Both the position numbers and the translations under genes were made by a program. DNA of 64,000 nucleotides, taken from a bacterium (GTDB lineage Bacteria > Patescibacteriota > UBA1384 > VFKW01). How positions within the stretch are numbered: position 1 is the stretch's first letter; the number at the start of each line of letters is the position of its first letter. Under the pieces are notes generated by a model that searched no databases, was not told where the DNA came from, and was given only the letters and a program-made list of their open reading frames with translations. The DNA lies in NCBI GenBank assembly GCA_030647355.1, contig JAUSIS010000006.1, forward strand, positions 169,506 through 233,505, given 5' to 3'. This document shows, piece by piece, positions 26,469 to 36,640 of this stretch.

Positions 26469-27071
26469 ATGCGAATTCTGGTAATCTCCGCTAATAGTGG
26501 ATACTGGAATGCGCGGTTTGCTTTCATACTACCGGGGGCTTTTGTAGTAATTGTCGGCAATGCCGATGAAGCCATAAGCGCATGCGGTAATGCTGAACGC
26601 TTGGATAAGCCATTTGATGTAGTAATACTCGACATCAGCTCATCCGAGCAAATAGAAGCATGCGACCGGATCTGTGAAAGGGTCCGCCTTTACAGTAATC
26701 CGCTCATCGTCCACTTGGACGGAGGAACTGGCTGTGGGTATTACAACCATATGATCGACTTCCATACCGGGAACGTCGGCATGCCATACCTCACATTTCA
26801 AGATCAAGACGATGTTGCCCTGGCTGTCAGAGCTTATTGCTGCAATCAAGAAGTAGAAAGAGCTCTGGATGATATATTCAGCCAGGATGTCTCAAGTCTC
26901 ATGAGAGCGATGAAGCTGGATGTGACAAGTCCAGTCGACAAACTGACAGAGCTGATAGTGAGAAACTGGGCATACCTAAGTCCACTCATTAGAGCTCGTG
27001 TCAGTGAGCATTTCATCGTTCTAACTGAACCGGTTAGGGTCCAACCCAAGCCAATGCACAATGTCGAATAA
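26469..27071 (+). CDS. hypothetical protein with a degenerate CheY-like receiver fold
   Basis: MRILVIS...FDVVILDI pattern, but it lacks the acidic pocket pair. GGAGGGGAG RBS. GC elevated. Confidence 0.3.
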   Translation: MRILVISANSGYWNARFAFILPGAFVVIVGNADEAISACGNAERLDKPFDVVILDISSSEQIEACDRICERVRLYSNPLIVHLDGGTGCGYYNHMIDFHTGNVGMPYLTFQDQDDVALAVRAYCCNQEVERALDDIFSQDVSSLMRAMKLDVTSPVDKLTELIVRNWAYLSPLIRARVSEHFIVLTEPVRVQPKPMHNVE

Positions 27072-27072
27072 T

Positions 27073-27103
27073 GCCCCGCTAGCTTGAAACGGGGCTCTTT
27101 TTA
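27073..27103 (+). terminator. rho-independent terminator
   Basis: gccccg-ctagcttgaaa-cggggc followed by tcttttta. Confidence 0.5.
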
Positions 27104-27217
27104 TTGATACTCAAAAACTTGACGAATCGCCATCGGTCAGCTACTCTATATCAAACAATATTTGGCAAAGGCGGTATCCTATCCAGCCGTTTTTAGCCAA
27201 GTCAGGAGGGCAGGGGG

Positions 27218-27949
27218 TTGGAGAAAATCAAAAGATCGTTCGTTGATGAGCAGATTCGCCTTGCGTTGGAAGCCCTGGGGCGATCACAGGTTCTTCCCAA
27301 ATGGGCACGATGGACACCCAAGATGTGGCAGGAGGCAGTCCGCCGCGGAATGGATCCCTCTGAAATCATCAACTGCGGGCTCGGTTGGGATTTTACCACA
27401 TTCGGTGTATCCGAGAGGATGTTCCCCAAAACGGGTCTGGTTGCTTTCACCTTGAGCAATGGCAACCCGGACAAGGAATATCCACAGGAGTATTGCCAGA
27501 AACTCCTCTGGCTTCAGGAGGGACAATCAATCCCTTGGCACCACCACAAAGACAAGCGCGAGGACATCTACCACATTGCCGGCGGAAGACTGCGGATGCA
27601 GGTCGCAAGACCAAAGAGGATCAGGGAGAAGTTCGAAGCCGATAAAACGGAGAACCTAATCCTAAGTCTAGAGAACGCTCCAAGGGAGTTCGTACCGTGC
27701 GGAGAGTTCTGGGTTGGCAAAGAATGCCCCAGACGAATTCGGCTCGAGCCGGGCATCGGTCACTTGATGACAGGCGGATGTGGCGGCACGCTACTTGGCG
27801 AAGTATCCAGCGTCAACAAGGAGGTTGGTGTAAGGGTTCAGGACAATACGTTCTGGGCTGGCAATCCCCGCTACATTAACATAGTTGCCGATGTCCCGCC
27901 CCGCTATGTGCTTTGCAACGAGTACGCCGAACTACTGAAAGTCGCCTAA
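27218..27949 (+). CDS. cupin-fold sugar isomerase, D-lyxose ketol-isomerase-like
   Basis: IPWHHHKDKREDIYHIAGGRL resembles the D-lyxose isomerase metal site (HxHxxxxxE...GG). AGGAGGG RBS and TTG start. GC about 55%. Confidence 0.45.
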   Translation: MEKIKRSFVDEQIRLALEALGRSQVLPKWARWTPKMWQEAVRRGMDPSEIINCGLGWDFTTFGVSERMFPKTGLVAFTLSNGNPDKEYPQEYCQKLLWLQEGQSIPWHHHKDKREDIYHIAGGRLRMQVARPKRIREKFEADKTENLILSLENAPREFVPCGEFWVGKECPRRIRLEPGIGHLMTGGCGGTLLGEVSSVNKEVGVRVQDNTFWAGNPRYINIVADVPPRYVLCNEYAELLKVA

Positions 27950-27972
27950 CCGGTACACGACGGCAAGCTCAT

Positions 27973-28000
27973 AAGGAACCATCAGGTTCCTTCTTTTTTC
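27973..28000 (+). terminator. rho-independent terminator
   Basis: aaggaacc-atca-ggttcctt followed by cttttttc. Confidence 0.5.
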
Positions 28001-28047
28001 ATCTTGAAAATATTAATTCAAACAAGTAAAGTTAGGACAGGAGTAAT

Positions 28048-28554
28048 ATGCAATGGATTGCCATAAGTGGCAGCTGGCGCAAAACCAATCAAGAAATTGA
28101 AGCTAAAGTACGACAAACAGTCGCCGAAATAATTAATAATGGCAATGGAATAGTAACCGGCGGCGCTTTGAATGTTGATTATTTTGCCACTGACGAAGCC
28201 ATGAAATGTGACTCATCTTTTAATAAAATAAAAATAGTTCTTCCATCTTCTCTGGAAACTTATGCCAAACATTACCACAAAAGAGCCGATGAAGGCGTGA
28301 TTACCAAAGAGCAAGCAGAAAACTTAATAACTCAGTTAGCGAAAATTCGAAACACAAATCTCGACTCGATTATCGAAGGGAAATTTGAAATAATTGACAG
28401 AGTAGCATACTTCGATAGGATCACAAAGATAATAGGCACCGCCGACAAACTAATTGCCTTCCAGGTAAATAATAGTGAAGGCGTCCAGGACACCATCAAT
28501 AAAGCCAAACAAAAAGGCATTCCAATAGAATTATATAGTTTTACTGCGGAGTAA
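28048..28554 (+). CDS. minimal DprA/Smf-like Rossmann-fold protein (SLOG superfamily)
   Basis: WIAISGSWRK (iAVVGsR-like), GIVTGGALNVDYFATDEAM (VSGlAlGIDaaAH-like), IKIVLPSSLETY, and C-terminal IAFQV...SEGVQDTINKA...KGIPIELYS. Confidence 0.45.
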   Translation: MQWIAISGSWRKTNQEIEAKVRQTVAEIINNGNGIVTGGALNVDYFATDEAMKCDSSFNKIKIVLPSSLETYAKHYHKRADEGVITKEQAENLITQLAKIRNTNLDSIIEGKFEIIDRVAYFDRITKIIGTADKLIAFQVNNSEGVQDTINKAKQKGIPIELYSFTAE

Positions 28555-28556
28555 TT

Positions 28557-28973
28557 ATGGCAAAATTACGGATTGTTGTAGTAATAATTAGAAATAACCA
28601 AGGGCAATATTTTGTCCATCAGCGCCGTTTAGATAAAGAATCTTGCCCAGATGGGTATGCTCTCGGTATCGGCGGGAGAATTGAACAGGATGAAGATATC
28701 CATACCGCCGCCAAACGGGAATTAAAAGAGGAGTCTGGAATTGTTAAGCCCGTTAAGTTCTTGTTTAGTTTAGATATGAATTACATCGGTATGGATGAAA
28801 TAATTCATGTCTTTTATCTTTCCAATGACGCTGAAATTAAAAATCACGATATCGAATGGCAATGGTCCGGCTGGATGACACAAAAAGAAGTTGACGAACT
28901 CGTAGAAAATGGAAAATTATGCCCCGACACGGCTGAATATTATACAAAATATAAGAGCAAATATGAGCGATAA
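28557..28973 (+). CDS. NUDIX hydrolase
   Basis: Nudix box GGRIEQDEDIHTAAKRELKEESGI. 2-nt gap to the upstream gene. Confidence 0.65.
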   Translation: MAKLRIVVVIIRNNQGQYFVHQRRLDKESCPDGYALGIGGRIEQDEDIHTAAKRELKEESGIVKPVKFLFSLDMNYIGMDEIIHVFYLSNDAEIKNHDIEWQWSGWMTQKEVDELVENGKLCPDTAEYYTKYKSKYER

Positions 28974-29580
28974 AGAAACGATTGAGGTTTACAAACAACT
29001 TGGCAAGAAATATTGTAAAAATATTGAGCTACTTTATATTGCCGAATTGTACAAATTCATGAAATTACTTCCAAAGAACGGCGAAGTTCTCGATGTCGGC
29101 TGTGCCGGTGGCAGAGATACGGAAGAATTTATAAAAAATGGCTTCCAAGTAACTGGTATTGATTTAGTTGATGAATTTCTAGAAGGCGCTAAAAAATTCG
29201 CCTCCGAAGGTCGTTTTATAAAAATGGATGTTGAAAATCTCCAGTTTCCAAGTAATTATTTTGACGGTATCTATGCTGCTGCCGTATTACTACATGTAGC
29301 AAAAAATAAAATACCGGCTATCCTAGCAATTTTTCATCGTATACTAAAAGCTGATGGGATACTTTTTATTGGAGTGAAAGAGGGCTATGGTGAAAAAAGA
29401 GTAGCCGACGATACATTGGCAGGTGGTTTGAGTAGATTTTACTCGTTCTTTTCCAAAGAGGAGCTAACACAATTACTAAAACAGGCAGGTTTTGACATTA
29501 TTTTCAGTAGGAATGTTCCAGACGAAGCCGGTAGATCAGAAGTCCATTGGATAAGAATAATCGCCAGGAAACAAACATGA
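28963..29580 (+). CDS. class I SAM-dependent methyltransferase
   Basis: VLDVGCAGGRD motif I. Overlaps both neighbours. Confidence 0.6.
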   Translation: MSDKETIEVYKQLGKKYCKNIELLYIAELYKFMKLLPKNGEVLDVGCAGGRDTEEFIKNGFQVTGIDLVDEFLEGAKKFASEGRFIKMDVENLQFPSNYFDGIYAAAVLLHVAKNKIPAILAIFHRILKADGILFIGVKEGYGEKRVADDTLAGGLSRFYSFFSKEELTQLLKQAGFDIIFSRNVPDEAGRSEVHWIRIIARKQT

Positions 29581-30137
29581 AAATAGTCCTTGCTTCCGGT
29601 TCTCCGCGCAGGAAACAATTAATGGAAACGACAGGGCTCGCCTTTGAAATCGATATTCCGGACTTTGACGAAAGGGGAGTAGTTGAAAAATCAGCCCATA
29701 AATTGGCGGAAATCTTAGCTCACAAAAAAGCCAAATCAGTTGCTTCGCGCCACCCTGATTCAATAGTTATCGGCTCCGATCTTGTCGTTGCTTATCTAGA
29801 TAAACAAATTGGTAAGCCTCAAAACGAACAAGATGCCAAAGAGATATTGCAATTATTGCGCGGAAAAACTCATCAAGTTATCACTAGCGTTGCTGTCGTG
29901 AACACTGGCAATAAAAAACAGGCAACAGCAGTAAATATATCAAATGTAACGATGAATAATTATACAGACAAAGAAATTGACGACTACATTGCCACCAGCG
30001 AACCAATGGATAAGGGTGGAGCATACGCTATTCAAGGCATTGGCGGCAAATTGGTTGAAAAATTCGACGGCGACATCGAAACGATCATTGGGTTACCAAC
30101 CAAAACCCTCACTAGTCTAATTAAGAAAGTTCAATAG
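29577..30137 (+). CDS. maf: Maf-like nucleoside-triphosphate pyrophosphatase
   Basis: MKIVLASGSPRR Maf N-terminus. Start overlaps the upstream stop (ATGA). Confidence 0.75.
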   Translation: MKIVLASGSPRRKQLMETTGLAFEIDIPDFDERGVVEKSAHKLAEILAHKKAKSVASRHPDSIVIGSDLVVAYLDKQIGKPQNEQDAKEILQLLRGKTHQVITSVAVVNTGNKKQATAVNISNVTMNNYTDKEIDDYIATSEPMDKGGAYAIQGIGGKLVEKFDGDIETIIGLPTKTLTSLIKKVQ

Positions 30138-30144
30138 GTTATTT

Positions 30145-30417
30145 ATGAAGATAGTTATATTTATACTAATCTCGTTTGCTAGCTATGCAGTTGGAAGAAT
30201 AAGCCACATTTTAGGCGGAGATTTAAATGTTCCGCATCATTGGATATATGGTGTTCTCTCAATAATCATCGGATTAATATTTTATAAGCACGATTGGGGC
30301 AAATGGCTGATTGCCTTTGGACTAGGCATGGTAATCAGCGATTTCAAGGACATGATTGGATGTAAATTCGTTGGACCCGATGATGTCAAAATCAAAAAAT
30401 TCTGGGGAATAGATTAA
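30145..30417 (+). CDS. small membrane protein (hypothetical)
   Basis: Two or three predicted TM helices. No recognisable motif. Confidence 0.35.
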   Translation: MKIVIFILISFASYAVGRISHILGGDLNVPHHWIYGVLSIIIGLIFYKHDWGKWLIAFGLGMVISDFKDMIGCKFVGPDDVKIKKFWGID

Positions 30418-30477
30418 ATTTTATACTTCACTTGAACATAAAACAGATATTAGAGTATATTAGATACAAGGAGAATA

Positions 30478-31296
30478 ATGGACAAGCAAAACTCAATTAA
30501 AAATCGTCCCGATTGGCACATTGACGCAAAATGGGCATGCGTCTTATTTCTGATCCCGATTTTTACCATCACCTTTTTAATTTTTAATTTGTATATGGTA
30601 ACAAAAAAGGACAATGCGATAAAAATTGTCACTACCCTCACATCGGCTATGTATGCCCCGGGTGATAAAAGTCAGGATATAGAAAAAGTACGAGCATTAA
30701 TAAAAGAGAGCCCTGACAAAAACTTCAAACCTTTCCCTGGGATGGATATTGTAATTACCGAGCAAGACCTCAATAAATATAATAGTGGAGAACTTAAACA
30801 AAAACTCTTTAGTCAGCTAGCCGAAAATATCTATAAATACGATGCAAATAAAAACTCTCAATCCACGGTTAAGCATCGCAATGCTTTTTCCGACTTAGGA
30901 TTCATGGCGCTTCTCACTAAGCAAGGACACGACGCCCTGGGTAGATATTTACTTATCCCTGCAATAGCTACTTTACTATTATTATCTCTTACGCTTTTCT
31001 TTAGTGCCGGCTTTGGCAAGGCTATTACCGCTGGCTTGATATTTATCATAGTAGGCTTTATACCGACTATAATACTATTTATACAAGGAAATGCGTCAAT
31101 CTCCTCTGCTGATACTAGTCAAATGAGCGTAACGCAGGGAGTCTCCTCGATAATGAGACAAATCGGTCCGTTGCTCTCTCAAATCATGCTGAAGAATTAC
31201 CTTACTTTATTAATTGGCGGACTATTTTTACTTATTTTCGGGTTTATTGCAAGGCAGATCCAAAAAAGAAAATTTCACAAAACCCCAGCTGCCTAA
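30478..31296 (+). CDS. membrane protein (hypothetical)
   Basis: AAGGAG RBS. N-terminal and multiple C-terminal TM helices. Confidence 0.4.
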   Translation: MDKQNSIKNRPDWHIDAKWACVLFLIPIFTITFLIFNLYMVTKKDNAIKIVTTLTSAMYAPGDKSQDIEKVRALIKESPDKNFKPFPGMDIVITEQDLNKYNSGELKQKLFSQLAENIYKYDANKNSQSTVKHRNAFSDLGFMALLTKQGHDALGRYLLIPAIATLLLLSLTLFFSAGFGKAITAGLIFIIVGFIPTIILFIQGNASISSADTSQMSVTQGVSSIMRQIGPLLSQIMLKNYLTLLIGGLFLLIFGFIARQIQKRKFHKTPAA

Positions 31297-31366
31297 ACTC
31301 TTCTAAAAGCACATCTTATTGTTACAAATCCTCAAAGCGAGGAGTAATGTTGAGACAGGAGGGCAA

Positions 31367-31795
31367 ATGCAAATTGCTAGAAAAATAGGGTCACTTTTCT
31401 TATTGGTCATAGGGATTTTTTATATATGGTACGAACTAATGACAACAATCTTACCCAGTATGGCTTCTCATTCACCCCTCTATCACACAATATTCTATTT
31501 TCTCTATTTATTCTTTCCCCTCGACCTATTACTATTAGCAATGATTATTTGGCCTCTATCTCGTTCAAAGAAAATTAATCGTACATTACTTTTTACTTTT
31601 TCAGGAGCGATGCTTTTCCTCGCCGTATATGTCCCATTGGCGATCTATGGCAGTTTAGACTTCGCAATTCACTTTATTACCTATAGCTGGTTAGGTCTTA
31701 TTTGGTACATTATCCCCATCGCCGGAATAGTAAGAGCAATAAAGTTAAGCAACCGCAAACAAGCCAAAGTTTCTAAACTCAACGAAAAGGATTAA
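31367..31795 (+). CDS. membrane protein (hypothetical)
   Basis: CAGGAGGG RBS before the ATG at 31367 (MQIARKIG...). Four predicted TM helices. Confidence 0.4.
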   Translation: MQIARKIGSLFLLVIGIFYIWYELMTTILPSMASHSPLYHTIFYFLYLFFPLDLLLLAMIIWPLSRSKKINRTLLFTFSGAMLFLAVYVPLAIYGSLDFAIHFITYSWLGLIWYIIPIAGIVRAIKLSNRKQAKVSKLNEKD

Positions 31796-31858
31796 ATACT
31801 GGTAAATATTATATTAAAAGCGTGTTAGTGCCAAAACTTTATTGGCATATCAATGCCA

Positions 31859-31882
31859 TGAAAAAAGGCTGCGTAAGCAGCC
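31859..31882 (-). terminator. rho-independent terminator for the small minus-strand gene
   Basis: ggctgc-gtaa-gcagcc hairpin, followed on the minus strand by TTTTTT. Confidence 0.5.
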
Positions 31883-31913
31883 GAATGGATTGACCTCCAA
31901 GATGCTAATCCGA

Positions 31914-32237
31914 CTAATCGGAATACTTGACCTTTCCCCCAAGCCCCTTGAACGTCTCGGCGACACTCTTGACGACGTTATTAAACGCCGCCGCATTGAA
32001 CCTCTTATGAAGATCAGTTTCCACTCTCTTCTTGACTTCTTCTCTAGCGGCGGCGATATCTACACTGCCATCTTCGAGAAGACGACGGTGAAGTGCGAGA
32101 GTGGTGAAGTTCAACTGACTAAGACTTGGACCAGGCGTTTGGATCAAGAATGTGGCAATCTCAAACTGCATGGAGGCTTTCTTAGTCGCGTCCGGAGAGT
32201 CCGGCATAGCGATTTTACGTATCCTTCCCGCTCTCAC
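31914..32237 (-). CDS. small GC-rich hypothetical protein (97-107 aa) in a self-contained promoter-ORF-terminator unit
   Basis: Balanced amino-acid composition, unlike the overlapping plus-strand ORF. Own sigma70-like promoter and terminator. GC about 55%. The MPDSP start at 32207 is possible. Confidence 0.4.
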   Translation of the reverse strand: MRAGRIRKIAMPDSPDATKKASMQFEIATFLIQTPGPSLSQLNFTTLALHRRLLEDGSVDIAAAREEVKKRVETDLHKRFNAAAFNNVVKSVAETFKGLGGKVKYSD

Positions 32238-32274
32238 TATTTCTCACATCCTCTCTCAAAGCGGTATTTCACTA

Positions 32275-32303
32275 ATTTTACATTACAAAATACGATCCGT
32301 CAA
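32275..32303 (-). promoter_or_regulatory. sigma70-like promoter (TTGACG-17-TAAAAT) on the minus strand
   Basis: Plus-strand cgtcaa at 32298-32303 and atttta at 32275-32280. Confidence 0.4.
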
Positions 32304-32326
32304 CCCCACTGACAGAGTTAATTGTC

Positions 32327-32358
32327 AATAAAAAGATGCACGCCCCTACGACGTGCAT
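32327..32358 (-). terminator. rho-independent terminator downstream of purM
   Basis: atgcacg-cccctacga-cgtgcat hairpin, followed on the minus strand by a T-run. Confidence 0.45.
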
Positions 32359-32368
32359 TACGTGATGG

Positions 32369-33394
32369 TTATACGACCTTTACCCCCTTGTGACCTTGAA
32401 CGATCTTGCCAATCACCCAAGCCCTCTCGCCGAAAGAGTTTAGATGCTGAAGAACATCGCTTACATCTTCCCTGCGGACGACAATGATCATTCCAACTTT
32501 CATGTTGAACGTCTTCAGCATCTCGGCGCGCGAATTCCCGGATGCTTGCTGAATCCAATCAAAGACCGCATCCCGCTCCCACGATGAGTAGTCAACGATA
32601 GCCCTATGCCACTTAGGCAGTACACGTACGAGGTTATCCGGAATGCCCCCGCCGGTGATATGCGCCGCTCCACGGATAAGGTGAAGATTGAAAAGTGGAT
32701 AAAGCGCATCGAAATAGCACCGGTGGCCGGTAAGAAGCGCCTTTCCAACCGTTGACTCGGGATTCCAGGGCGCAGGATCGTCCACAGTCAGTCCGACTTT
32801 TTCCAGCACCTTGCGTACGAGCGACCAGCCGTTGGTGTGCAAGCCATTAGACGCCAGACCGACCAGTACGTCACTGACAAGAATCGCTTTGCCGGTGACC
32901 AGCTTGCTTTTGTCAACTATGCCCGTAATACATCCTGCCAGATCAAAAATACCGGGCATGTAGAAACCTGGCATCTCTGCAGTCTCTCCGCCAGTCATGC
33001 TAACATTCAGTGCTCGACAGGCATTAGTCGCGCCAATGACTGCTTGAGCCATCTGCTGCTTGTTGAGCACTCCGGCCGCAAAATAGTCCAGGAAAGTCAA
33101 TGGTCTCGCCCCGTGAACCAGGATGCCATTGACCGAGTGGTTCACGAGAGCTTCCCCGGCGACACCACAATTGTTGGCGTCAATGGCGACCTTAATTATC
33201 GCTCCCACCCTGTCAATGCTCTGGATAAGAACATTCTGGTCGTCAGGCCGAAGGTACATTCCACCAAAACCACCAATCCCCCCAAGAACACGCGATCCGT
33301 GCGTACTTCGTACGGCATCTTTGATAAGACCTACCGCTTCCTTGCCAGCATCAATATTGACGCCGGCGTCCTTGTAAGTAATCCTGTCAGCCAA
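32369..33394 (-). CDS. purM: phosphoribosylformylglycinamidine cyclo-ligase (AIR synthetase)
   Basis: DAGVNIDAG N-terminal motif and the PurM N/C domain pattern. Length 341 aa. Confidence 0.85.
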   Translation of the reverse strand: MADRITYKDAGVNIDAGKEAVGLIKDAVRSTHGSRVLGGIGGFGGMYLRPDDQNVLIQSIDRVGAIIKVAIDANNCGVAGEALVNHSVNGILVHGARPLTFLDYFAAGVLNKQQMAQAVIGATNACRALNVSMTGGETAEMPGFYMPGIFDLAGCITGIVDKSKLVTGKAILVSDVLVGLASNGLHTNGWSLVRKVLEKVGLTVDDPAPWNPESTVGKALLTGHRCYFDALYPLFNLHLIRGAAHITGGGIPDNLVRVLPKWHRAIVDYSSWERDAVFDWIQQASGNSRAEMLKTFNMKVGMIIVVRREDVSDVLQHLNSFGERAWVIGKIVQGHKGVKVV

Positions 33395-33516
33395 TCAGAT
33401 TCACCTCCAATAAACGTCGTTCAGCAGTGTACGCTCACAATAACAAAATAAAATTCTTATAGCAAACAATACAAAACCAAGTTTTATTATAAAAAACATT
33501 CCTACCAAAATATTTT

Positions 33517-36369
33517 CTACTTTAGAAACTTCTTTAGATACTGCCCGGTATAAGAGGAAACATTTTCTTTTATATCCTCCGGCGTTCCTTGCGCCACAAT
33601 CTTGCCGCCTTTTTCTCCGCCTTCCGGCCCGAGATCGATTATCCAATCCAATGTCTTTATAACATCCATATTATGCTCAATTAATAGAACTGTATTACCT
33701 AAATTTACCAGACGATTCAAAACTTCCAGCAACTTCTCAACATCGGCAAAGTGCAAACCGGTCGTCGGTTCGTCTAATATATAAAATGTCCGTCCCGTAC
33801 TCCTTTTTGACAATTCCGCCGCTAATTTAATCCTCTGCGCTTCGCCACCCGACAAAGTCGTCGCCGATTGCCCTAATTTAATATATCCCAAACCAACATC
33901 CGCCAGAGTCTGCAATTTATCCTTTATTTGAGGAATGTCAGAGAAAAACTCTGTAGCTTCCTTAACAGTCATATCTAAAACCTGAGCAATATTTTTGCTT
34001 TGCCATCGTACCTCTAATGTTTCACGATTATATCTCTGCCCATGGCAAACCTCACAAGAGATATAAATATCGGGCAGAAAATGCATTTCGATTTTAATAA
34101 GTCCATCGCCACGGCAATTTGCGCACCGTCCACCTTCGACATTAAAACTGAATCTTCCTGGCATATATCCGCGCGATTTTGCCTCGATAGTCCGTGCAAA
34201 CAAATCCCTAATATGATCAAATGTCTTGGTATATGTGGCTGAATTGGAGCGAGGAGTTCGGCCGATGGGGGATTGGTCAATGATAATAACTTTATCAATA
34301 TGTTCCAGCCCTGAAATTGACAAATACCTGCCTGGCTTCTCGTACGCCCCATGCAATTTATTCATCAACGCTTTATACAATATCTCATCAACCAGAGTAG
34401 ATTTTCCCGAACCCGAAACACCAGTAATCCCAACAAACTTACCAAGCGGAATTTTGACCTTAATGTTTTTTAAATTATTTTCCCGAGCGCCCTCCACAAT
34501 TAAAAACTTCTTATTACCGACTCTCCGTTTTTTTGGTATCTCAATTTTTTTCTTTCCTGACAAATATTGACCAGTAATAGATTCGCTCTCGGCAATTATA
34601 TTCTCCAAGTTGCCGGTCGCCACAATCTTTCCGCCTAATTCACCAGCGCCTGGCCCGATATCGACTATGAAATCTGCTTGTCGAATTGTCTCCTCATCGT
34701 GCTCAACTACTATTACACTATTGCCCAAGTCTCGAAGTGACTTGAGTGTGTCCACAAGCCGTTGATTGTCTCTCTGATGTAACCCGATTGTCGGTTCGTC
34801 CAACACATATAGCACACCAACTAATGAGGACCCGATCTGTGATGCTAAACGAATTCTCTGCGCTTCTCCGCCCGACAATGTCATCGCTGCTCTATCCAAT
34901 GTCAAATAATCTAAACCGACTCTCACCAAAAAATCAATTCTATTTTGAACTTCTTTCAAGATTCGTTCGGCAATTAATGTATCTCTCCGGCTAATTTTCA
35001 GTTCCTTAAAAAATGTCGCTATCTGTTCTGTTGCAAGCGATGAAAGCTCGGCGATATTCTTTCCGCCAACCCTTACCAACAGGCTTTCCGGCTTTAATCT
35101 AGTGCCGTGACATTCCAAACACGTTTTTGAAATCATATAATGTTCAATTTCGTCACGTATCGCATCAGATTCTGTCTCAAGATAACGCTTCTCTAGGTAG
35201 GGTATAATGCCAATAAAATTTGTCTCAAAGGTTCTAGCTCGACCAAGTGCCCAATAGCGCACAGTAATTCTCTGTGGAGTTTCCACTCCATACATTAGTA
35301 ACTGTTTTTCTCGCTCACTAAGTAATTTAATCTGTATATTTACATTAATTCCTAGAAATTTTGATGCAGACAGGATGATCGCTCCATAATAATTACCTTC
35401 CGAAAACAACGCTGGCAACACTCCACCTTCGGCAATTGTTAATTTTTCATTTGGCATGACTAAAGTCGGATCAACTTCTTTTTTAAATCCTAACCCATGA
35501 CAAGCCGAACACGCTCCGTAAGGGCTATTGAAAGAGAATGTTCTCGGTGCAATATCGCCAAAACTGATGTTGCAATTAGGACATGATAATTGCTCGGATA
35601 GCATAATTTCACTTTGGTCGTCCAAAGCTTTGCGCGAAGGAGACTCGTCTTTATCCTCGATTTTTATTATCACTAACCCGCGTGCTAATTTTAATGCCGA
35701 TTCTAGAGCTTCGCTTAATCGGCTTCGCAAGCTTTGTCCGATTATCAATCTATCAACAACAACCTCAATCGAGTGTGCCTTGTAACGCTCTAACTCTATC
35801 TTGTCATTTAAATTCTTAACCTCGCCATTTACCCTAACCCTCGAAAAACCTCCACGGTATAAATCATATAAAAGCTGATGATATTCACCTTTTCTTCCGC
35901 GAACGACGGGAGCCAAAATCATTATTCTAGTATTCTCACCCAAATCATTTATAAGCTCAATCATCTGATCAACCGTCTGTCTGGAAATAACCTTGTTGCA
36001 TTTTGGACAATGAGGTTTGCCGATTCTGGCATACAAAAGTCGTAAATAATCATAAATTTCAGTAACAGTGCCAACTGTAGAGCGTGGATTGTGACTAGTC
36101 GCTTTTTGATCAATAGAAATAGCAGGGGACAAACCTTCGATATAGTCAACATCTGGTTTGTTCATCTGCCCTAAAAATTGCCTAGCATAACTAGACAAGC
36201 TCTCAACATATCGTCTTTGTCCTTCGGCAAAAATCGTATCAAAAGCCAGCGAAGACTTTCCTGAGCCGGAAATTCCCGTAAATACTACCAATTTATTGCG
36301 CGGAATTTCTAGATCAATATTCTTTAAATTATGTTCCCGCGCTCCTTTAATAACAATTTTTTCTTCCAT
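33517..36369 (-). CDS. uvrA: excinuclease ABC subunit A
   Basis: Two ABC ATPase modules ([10 protein letters not shown] / [10 protein letters not shown]; LSGGEAQR twice), zinc-finger cysteines. Length 950 aa. Confidence 0.9.
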   Translation of the reverse strand: MEEKIVIKGAREHNLKNIDLEIPRNKLVVFTGISGSGKSSLAFDTIFAEGQRRYVESLSSYARQFLGQMNKPDVDYIEGLSPAISIDQKATSHNPRSTVGTVTEIYDYLRLLYARIGKPHCPKCNKVISRQTVDQMIELINDLGENTRIMILAPVVRGRKGEYHQLLYDLYRGGFSRVRVNGEVKNLNDKIELERYKAHSIEVVVDRLIIGQSLRSRLSEALESALKLARGLVIIKIEDKDESPSRKALDDQSEIMLSEQLSCPNCNISFGDIAPRTFSFNSPYGACSACHGLGFKKEVDPTLVMPNEKLTIAEGGVLPALFSEGNYYGAIILSASKFLGINVNIQIKLLSEREKQLLMYGVETPQRITVRYWALGRARTFETNFIGIIPYLEKRYLETESDAIRDEIEHYMISKTCLECHGTRLKPESLLVRVGGKNIAELSSLATEQIATFFKELKISRRDTLIAERILKEVQNRIDFLVRVGLDYLTLDRAAMTLSGGEAQRIRLASQIGSSLVGVLYVLDEPTIGLHQRDNQRLVDTLKSLRDLGNSVIVVEHDEETIRQADFIVDIGPGAGELGGKIVATGNLENIIAESESITGQYLSGKKKIEIPKKRRVGNKKFLIVEGARENNLKNIKVKIPLGKFVGITGVSGSGKSTLVDEILYKALMNKLHGAYEKPGRYLSISGLEHIDKVIIIDQSPIGRTPRSNSATYTKTFDHIRDLFARTIEAKSRGYMPGRFSFNVEGGRCANCRGDGLIKIEMHFLPDIYISCEVCHGQRYNRETLEVRWQSKNIAQVLDMTVKEATEFFSDIPQIKDKLQTLADVGLGYIKLGQSATTLSGGEAQRIKLAAELSKRSTGRTFYILDEPTTGLHFADVEKLLEVLNRLVNLGNTVLLIEHNMDVIKTLDWIIDLGPEGGEKGGKIVAQGTPEDIKENVSSYTGQYLKKFLK

Positions 36370-36580
36370 CTCTCTTTTTTCTCCTGAGGATGTAAGTTCA
36401 ATCTGTCATATTCAGATGCGTTGTACCATTGAAGCCAGTCAAGCGAAGTGCAGTGCTCCTGACCCAACTGGATCAGGAAACAAAACGCTGGCTGAAATGA
36501 TATAACGCATCATTAACTCTAAACTCACATCAACCCTATTATACCCGAACGAGAACCGAAAATCCAGCACCTAGTTGGGG

Positions 36581-36610
36581 TTGACTAATAGTAATATAAA
36601 TGCTAAAAAT
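36581..36610 (+). promoter_or_regulatory. sigma70-like promoter (TTGACT-17-TAAAAA/T)
   Basis: ttgact at 36581-36586, -10 around 36604-36610. Lies inside the tabulated 36575 ORF start, which argues for the downstream start. Confidence 0.4.
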
Positions 36611-36640
36611 GAAGCATCTCGACGCAGGGGGACTTGTCCG

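Noticed and set aside
31842-32312. Plus-strand 156-aa ORF
   Set aside because: Arg/Ser/His-rich, implausible composition. A minus-strand ORF in the same place has its own promoter, RBS-like context and terminator.
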